Shown: in pieces, positions 59,090 to 64,000 of the stretch | Layout: the number at the start of each line of letters is the position of its first letter | Position numbering within the stretch: position 1 is the first letter of the stretch | Origin: Candidatus Latescibacterota bacterium | Lineage (GTDB): Bacteria > Latescibacterota > UBA2968 > UBA8231 | DNA length: 64,000 bases | Assembly (NCBI GenBank): GCA_963422735.1 | Contig: OY730476.1 | Span: forward strand, 3,552,001 to 3,616,000 | Direction of reading: 5' to 3' | Notes under the pieces: generated by a model | Database searches by the model: none | Told to the model about the DNA's origin: nothing | The model's input: only the letters and a program-made list of their open reading frames with translations | Made by a program: the position numbers and the translations under genes

Positions 59090-61220
59090 GTGGTCGAGCC
59101 ATCTCCAGTTCGCGGGACCCCGCGTATTTCTCGTCCTGCTGCCCTTCCTAATCGCCTTCGTTTATTGGGTATATCAACGGACGTATCCGCAGGTTGATGC
59201 CAAGCGTCGCATAGTGCTCGTGGTTTTGCGCGGAGCGGCCGTGGCCTTGCTGGTTATGGTGTTGTGCGAGCCGGTTTTGACGTGGTGGAACCAGCAGGTC
59301 ATCCGGCCGCTAGTGCTGGTGTTGGTTGATACGAGCCCGAGCATGAGGGTGGCCGAAGGGCCTTCCACGCGCCTGCAACAGGCCACAGCCGTGTTGGGCG
59401 ACGAGGGTTGGTCGGTGCGCTTGCAGCAGGCCGAAGTCCGCGCTTGGGGATTTGCCGAGTCCGCGCATCCACTTGCTCTCGATACGGTCGCGGCTGCAAG
59501 CACTCGCGGTCAGGCAACCGATATAGGCCGCGCTCTCGCCGTCAGCTTGGAGGCGGTCACCGAGCGGGAGCGCGTACAAGGCGTGGTGCTATTTTCCGAT
59601 GGGGGCCACAACTTGGGCCGCGACCCGGTGCAACTGAGCGCGGAACTGGGTGTGCCCGTGTACGCGCTCGGCGTAGGGGGTGCGGAGGTACCCGTCGATG
59701 TCCAACTCGTGGATGTGCGCACGCCTGAGACCGGATACGTCGGCCAGAGCCTGCAAATCGACGCCGAGGTGCGGAACTGGGGGTACGAAGGGCAGCGAGT
59801 GGAAGTCCAGCTCTACGAGGGCGAGCGGTTGCTCCAGAGACAATCTCTGATGTTGGACAGCGATGGACAGGTTCAGCGGGTCTTGTTTGCGGTAACGCCC
59901 CAGCAGGCCGGGCCGCGCATGTTCCGCGTGGTCGTCGAGCCTGTGGCCGGGGAGTTCGCGATAGCTGACAATGAGGCCCTCGCATTTACTCACATTCTCG
60001 CAGGGCGCACACGGGTGCTGTTGCTGGCCGGAGGCCCTAGCGAGGATCTGGCCTTTTTGCGCCGCAGTTTAAGCGCGGATTCGAGTTGGGTAGTCGAGAC
60101 TCTGATTCAGCGGGAGCCGGACGCGTTCTATGGGGGCACGTGGAGTCCGGCTGTTTTGCAGGACCGGGATGTGGTGGTGCTCGTGAATCCGGGCGCGTGG
60201 CTGCTCAACGGCCCGCCCGCCGTCGCGTTGGTTCAGCATGTATACGCCGGTGCCGGTTTGCTCGTTGTCGGTGGCCCCAAGATGGCGCGGGCTTGGCGGG
60301 CCGACTCGCCGCTGGCCGCACTCATGCCGCTTCAGGTAGCCGGCCCAATGCCCTTTGTGCCGGGCGAGGTCTTGTTGCGGATCAATGCCGCCGGCCGTCG
60401 CCATCCGGTCGTGCGTCAGCCCGCCGGCGTGGACGATCCGTGGCTTGGGCTGCCGCCGCTGCCGGGTTACTTTCGCACGGCGCAGCAGCGGCCAGGTACC
60501 AACGTATTAGTTGAGAGCGTAGGCGGCGAGCCGGTTATAGCTGTGGGTGCATATGGCGAGGGCAAGGTCATCGCGGCTCTATCCGCGTCTTTTTGGCGGC
60601 TCGACCTAATGAGCAGCGGCGTCGATGGTCGGCCACAGACCATTCGGACATTCTGGCGCGACGCCGCCAAGTGGCTCGCGCTCGACGCCCCGGGCGGGCG
60701 GATCCGCGCCTCAACTGAGCGACCCGTGTACCGGGCGGGCGAAGGAGTAGGTTTCGCGGTGCAGGTCTTCGACGAGCTGCTGAAACCGCAGTTAGGGGCG
60801 ACGGTGCAGATCGCGCTGGCCGGGCAGGAAGCGTTCGACCTGCAATCACAAAGAGCCGGTCACTACCGAGGCGTCGCTAGTGGGCTGGCCCCTGGCACGT
60901 ATGAATACGAGGTCCGGGCCGCAGTTGACCAAGTCGCGGTGGATGCGGCTACGGGCCGATTTGTCGTCGAAGAGTACAGCATTGAGCTTGGGGATTTGCG
61001 CGCCGATCCGTTGCTATTGGGTGCGCTAGCGCGCGCTAGTGGCGGTCGCGCCTATCCGCTCGCGGATTGGGAGGACATGCTGGAACAGCTCGCGCCGCGC
61101 AGGCGCTGGGTCGAGAAAGCCGAAGTTCTCCCGCTGTGGGGGCCGTTGTGGCCCGCGCTTTTAGCCATAGCTCTGTTGGCTGTCGAATGGCTTGGGCGCA
61201 AGCGTAGCGGCATGATCTGA
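59082..61220 (+). CDS. VWA-domain plus GATase1-like membrane protein
   Basis: N-terminal TMs, MIDAS DTSPSM..TD..FSDG, Ig-like and class I GATase-like regions, C-terminal TM ending EW..RKR.G. Confidence 0.8.
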   Translation: MSEWSSHLQFAGPRVFLVLLPFLIAFVYWVYQRTYPQVDAKRRIVLVVLRGAAVALLVMVLCEPVLTWWNQQVIRPLVLVLVDTSPSMRVAEGPSTRLQQATAVLGDEGWSVRLQQAEVRAWGFAESAHPLALDTVAAASTRGQATDIGRALAVSLEAVTERERVQGVVLFSDGGHNLGRDPVQLSAELGVPVYALGVGGAEVPVDVQLVDVRTPETGYVGQSLQIDAEVRNWGYEGQRVEVQLYEGERLLQRQSLMLDSDGQVQRVLFAVTPQQAGPRMFRVVVEPVAGEFAIADNEALAFTHILAGRTRVLLLAGGPSEDLAFLRRSLSADSSWVVETLIQREPDAFYGGTWSPAVLQDRDVVVLVNPGAWLLNGPPAVALVQHVYAGAGLLVVGGPKMARAWRADSPLAALMPLQVAGPMPFVPGEVLLRINAAGRRHPVVRQPAGVDDPWLGLPPLPGYFRTAQQRPGTNVLVESVGGEPVIAVGAYGEGKVIAALSASFWRLDLMSSGVDGRPQTIRTFWRDAAKWLALDAPGGRIRASTERPVYRAGEGVGFAVQVFDELLKPQLGATVQIALAGQEAFDLQSQRAGHYRGVASGLAPGTYEYEVRAAVDQVAVDAATGRFVVEEYSIELGDLRADPLLLGALARASGGRAYPLADWEDMLEQLAPRRRWVEKAEVLPLWGPLWPALLAIALLAVEWLGRKRSGMI

Positions 61221-61323
61221 CGCGCCGCAAGATGCAAAAAGCCGCGTCTTTGTTTATTTTTTGGTAACTCTCTCTCCTATCTGATCGCTTCCCAGCCTAC
61301 GTACTAGCGGAGTCTGCGGCTCT

Positions 61324-63624
61324 ATGTCCGAGTTTTTGCACTATATGCCAAAAGGCAAGAAGATGCCCCAAGTGCTAGGAGTGCTCTTCCTCGGCCTCGG
61401 TGCGTTTTTGCTCGTCTGCTTGATGTCCCATTCGCCGCTCGATCCCCCCAATTCGAGCCGGTTGATGGCTGAGAGTTTGAATTGGGGTGGGTGGATCGGC
61501 TCGTACGTGTCGTATGGGGCCTTTGCGGGCATGGGATGGGCCGCGTACGTCTGGCCCATGCTCTTGTTGCTCTGGGGTTGGAATAGGGTGCGTTGCCAGC
61601 CGTTGGCCTTTGCTGTGTACCGCAGTATGGCGCTTTTGCTCATGGCCATCCTCATCAGCGTCGCTACGGGTCTGCCCGACTATTCGCCGCGCACGGCCTA
61701 CGAGCTGGGCGGTGTGCTGGGGGTCCAGCTCAGTTTGGATCTCCTCATACCGTACCTAGGGAGGATGGGGTCGGCGGTGCTGTTGGGCGCGCTCTTTGTG
61801 GTTGCGGTGATTTTGACACCTGACCTGACCTGGCGGCGGTTGGCGCGGCTGGGATCTGTTGTGGCGGCGGTTTGGCGTTGGCTCGGGCGTTTGCGGCCGC
61901 CCCGTCTTGCCGCGAAGAGCAAAGCCGCCAAGCGGGAGGGGAATGTGGAAGCAACATGGCCTGAGATCGGCGCGGAGCCTCTGGTTGAGGATGCGGCTGG
62001 AGCACCTTGGAAGCCAATAATTGAAGATGCGGCCGTAGTGGAGCCTCGGGTGCAGGGGCCAGCGCGCGTTGAGCGGCGAGAGCGCAAAAAGAAGAAGGAA
62101 CCGGTGGTTGAAGACTCGCCTGCGCCAGCGCCGGTGCGCAAAAAAGAACAGGCAGAGCCAGCCCGCAAGCCTGCAGGGGGTCGCTACGAGATCCCGAGTG
62201 CCGCGTTGCTAGACGAAGTGCCGGCCATCCACAGCGGCGTCTCTAGGGAGACCTTGCTGGAAAACGCCAAGCTGCTGGAGAGTGCTTTGGACGATTTCGA
62301 CGTGGCCAGCAAAGTCGTGGAGGTGAGTCCCGGGCCGGTGGTGACGCGATACGAGGTGGAGCCAGCCCCGGGGGTCAAGGTCAATCGCATCGCCGCGCTC
62401 TCGGACGATCTCGCGCGCGTGATGAGCGCGCAGGGCATTCGCATTCAAGCGCCGGTGCCGGGGAAATCTGTGGTGGGGGTGGAGATTGCCAATCAGGAGC
62501 GAGAGACCGTGTACTTGCGCGAGATTCTTGAAGACGAGGTGTTCAGCCGGTCGGATTCCAAGCTAGTCATGGGGCTAGGTAAGACTATTTCGGGCGAACC
62601 ATGTGCAGCGGATTTGGCCAAAATGCCCCATCTATTGGTCGCCGGTGCCACCGGAGCCGGCAAGAGCGTGTGCCTGAACAGCCTGATTTGCAGCATCCTC
62701 TTCAAGGCTACGCCGGAAGAAGTGCGCTTTATCATGGTCGATCCCAAGGTTGTTGAATTGATGATGTACAACGATATACCGCACTTGCTGGTGCCGGTTA
62801 TCACCGAGCCGAAGAAGGCCGCGGAGGCGTTGAAGTGGACGGTGGCTGAAATGGAAGATCGCTATCAGAAGCTAGCCAAGCTAGGGGTGCGCAATCTGTC
62901 CGACTACAACGCCAAGCTGGTGCGCGTCCAAGCCGAGGCCGAGGAAGACGGCGTCGAGCCTGAGAAGTCGCTGGCGTACATCGTGATAGTAATTGACGAA
63001 TTCGCCGATTTGATGCTGACGGCCCCCGCCGATGTAGAGACCTCGTTGATGGGTTTAGCTCAGAAGTCGCGCGCAGTGGGCATTCACATCATCTTGGCGA
63101 CCCAGCGGCCTTCGGTGAACGTGATTACTGGGGTAATCAAGGCCAATTTCCCTTCGCGCATTGCCTTCCAAGTCGCGTCTAAGACGGACTCGCGCACGAT
63201 CCTCGATCTCAACGGGGCCGAGCGGCTCTTGGGGATGGGCGACATGCTCTTTCTGCCGAGCGGCCAAGGCGAGCCAATCCGCGTCCACGGGGCCTTTATT
63301 TCTGGAGAGGAAACCGAGCGCTTGGTCGAGGCATTGAAGGAGGGTCAGTACGAGGCCGAGGAAGTTGCAATGTTTTCCGAGCAGGTGGATATTAACGCAG
63401 GTCCCAATATGCGCGACGATCTCTTTGACGAGGCCGTGCGCTTAATCTCAGAACACCAGCAGGCTTCCGCGTCTTTTTTGCAGCGACGCTTGAAAGTGGG
63501 TTATTCCCGCGCCGCGCGTCTGATGGACGAGTTGGAAGCTGCCGGTATCGTCGGGCCGATCGAGGGGGCTAAGTCGCGCCGGATTCTCGTCGAAAGCGCG
63601 GAAGAGGAGTACGCGGAAGAATGA
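61324..63624 (+). CDS. ftsK: DNA translocase FtsK
   Basis: 4TM N-terminus, PHLLVAGATGAGKS, IDEFADL, ATQRPS, gamma domain LQRRLKVGYSRAAR. Confidence 0.97.
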   Translation: MSEFLHYMPKGKKMPQVLGVLFLGLGAFLLVCLMSHSPLDPPNSSRLMAESLNWGGWIGSYVSYGAFAGMGWAAYVWPMLLLLWGWNRVRCQPLAFAVYRSMALLLMAILISVATGLPDYSPRTAYELGGVLGVQLSLDLLIPYLGRMGSAVLLGALFVVAVILTPDLTWRRLARLGSVVAAVWRWLGRLRPPRLAAKSKAAKREGNVEATWPEIGAEPLVEDAAGAPWKPIIEDAAVVEPRVQGPARVERRERKKKKEPVVEDSPAPAPVRKKEQAEPARKPAGGRYEIPSAALLDEVPAIHSGVSRETLLENAKLLESALDDFDVASKVVEVSPGPVVTRYEVEPAPGVKVNRIAALSDDLARVMSAQGIRIQAPVPGKSVVGVEIANQERETVYLREILEDEVFSRSDSKLVMGLGKTISGEPCAADLAKMPHLLVAGATGAGKSVCLNSLICSILFKATPEEVRFIMVDPKVVELMMYNDIPHLLVPVITEPKKAAEALKWTVAEMEDRYQKLAKLGVRNLSDYNAKLVRVQAEAEEDGVEPEKSLAYIVIVIDEFADLMLTAPADVETSLMGLAQKSRAVGIHIILATQRPSVNVITGVIKANFPSRIAFQVASKTDSRTILDLNGAERLLGMGDMLFLPSGQGEPIRVHGAFISGEETERLVEALKEGQYEAEEVAMFSEQVDINAGPNMRDDLFDEAVRLISEHQQASASFLQRRLKVGYSRAARLMDELEAAGIVGPIEGAKSRRILVESAEEEYAEE

Positions 63625-64000
63625 GACTGTGGTTATGGGCCGTTTTTTGTTTGGGCTTGACGGCGAGCGCGACCCTCGGGCAGAGCGGCGAAGAAATCAT
63701 CGCTAGGGTGCAGAAGCGTCTTTCTAGCTACAAGACGTTTTCAGCCCGCTTTGAAAAGCAATTCTACTGGGCGGTGCTGGACAAGTACCGCAGTCGCGAG
63801 GGCCGGATCTATTTGCGCCGCCCGAACCGCTTTCGCATTGAGCTGGAAGGCGGCGATGTGGTGGTGGCCGATGGCGAGGCCGTCTGGTCGTACGTCGTGC
63901 ATAACGGCCAAGTGGTGATCAGCCCATACAAAGCGGAAATAAAGACCCCTTGGGAAGTGTTTTTCGACTATACCGAGCGCTACGTGCCCATTGCGGTGGA
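63621..64000 (+). CDS. lolA: Outer-membrane lipoprotein carrier LolA-like protein, truncated by window end
   Basis: Signal peptide, then FSARFEKQ..GRIYLRRPNRFR..VVADGEAVWSY; canonical position after ftsK; not in the ORF track. Confidence 0.82.
   Translation, partial: MRLWLWAVFCLGLTASATLGQSGEEIIARVQKRLSSYKTFSARFEKQFYWAVLDKYRSREGRIYLRRPNRFRIELEGGDVVVADGEAVWSYVVHNGQVVISPYKAEIKTPWEVFFDYTERYVPIAV

Overview
GC-rich bacterial chromosomal segment. NYPNPFNP/FlgD-type secretion tails, cohesin- and dockerin-like modules, and many PhyH, Gfo/Idh/MocA, sulfatase and short coiled-coil genes suggest an FCB-superphylum lineage such as Ca. Latescibacterota, possibly host-associated; this taxonomy is inference only. 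1-33 kb is mostly catabolic and redox enzymes, plus aroG, cnoX, katG and guaB. 34-47 kb holds an ABC exporter pair, rdgB, hisGDB and GT4/YfhO genes. 55-64 kb holds moaDE, a CdaR-like gene, tsaD, ftsK and lolA. Main signals not explained by the ORF track: (1) two UGA-recoded selenoprotein genes, SelD (CGGU) and an Rdx/SelW protein (CSAU) that is absent from the track; (2) a non-catalytic two-gene surface scaffold locus (1760 aa Ig-repeat/dockerin-like/cohesin-like protein and a 683 aa duplicated cohesin-like protein) behind a perfect sigma70 promoter, with related hairpins after each gene and a GC step inside the first gene; (3) three dispersed coiled-coil plus single-TM minigenes, two of which share a promoter/leader motif, one with an in-frame TAG and one with a repeat-expanded stalk; (4) katG flanked by long non-coding stretches that include a frameshifted MTHFR-like relic. 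No rRNA, tRNA, CRISPR array or transposase was recognised. All product calls come from motif recognition by eye, without database searches.
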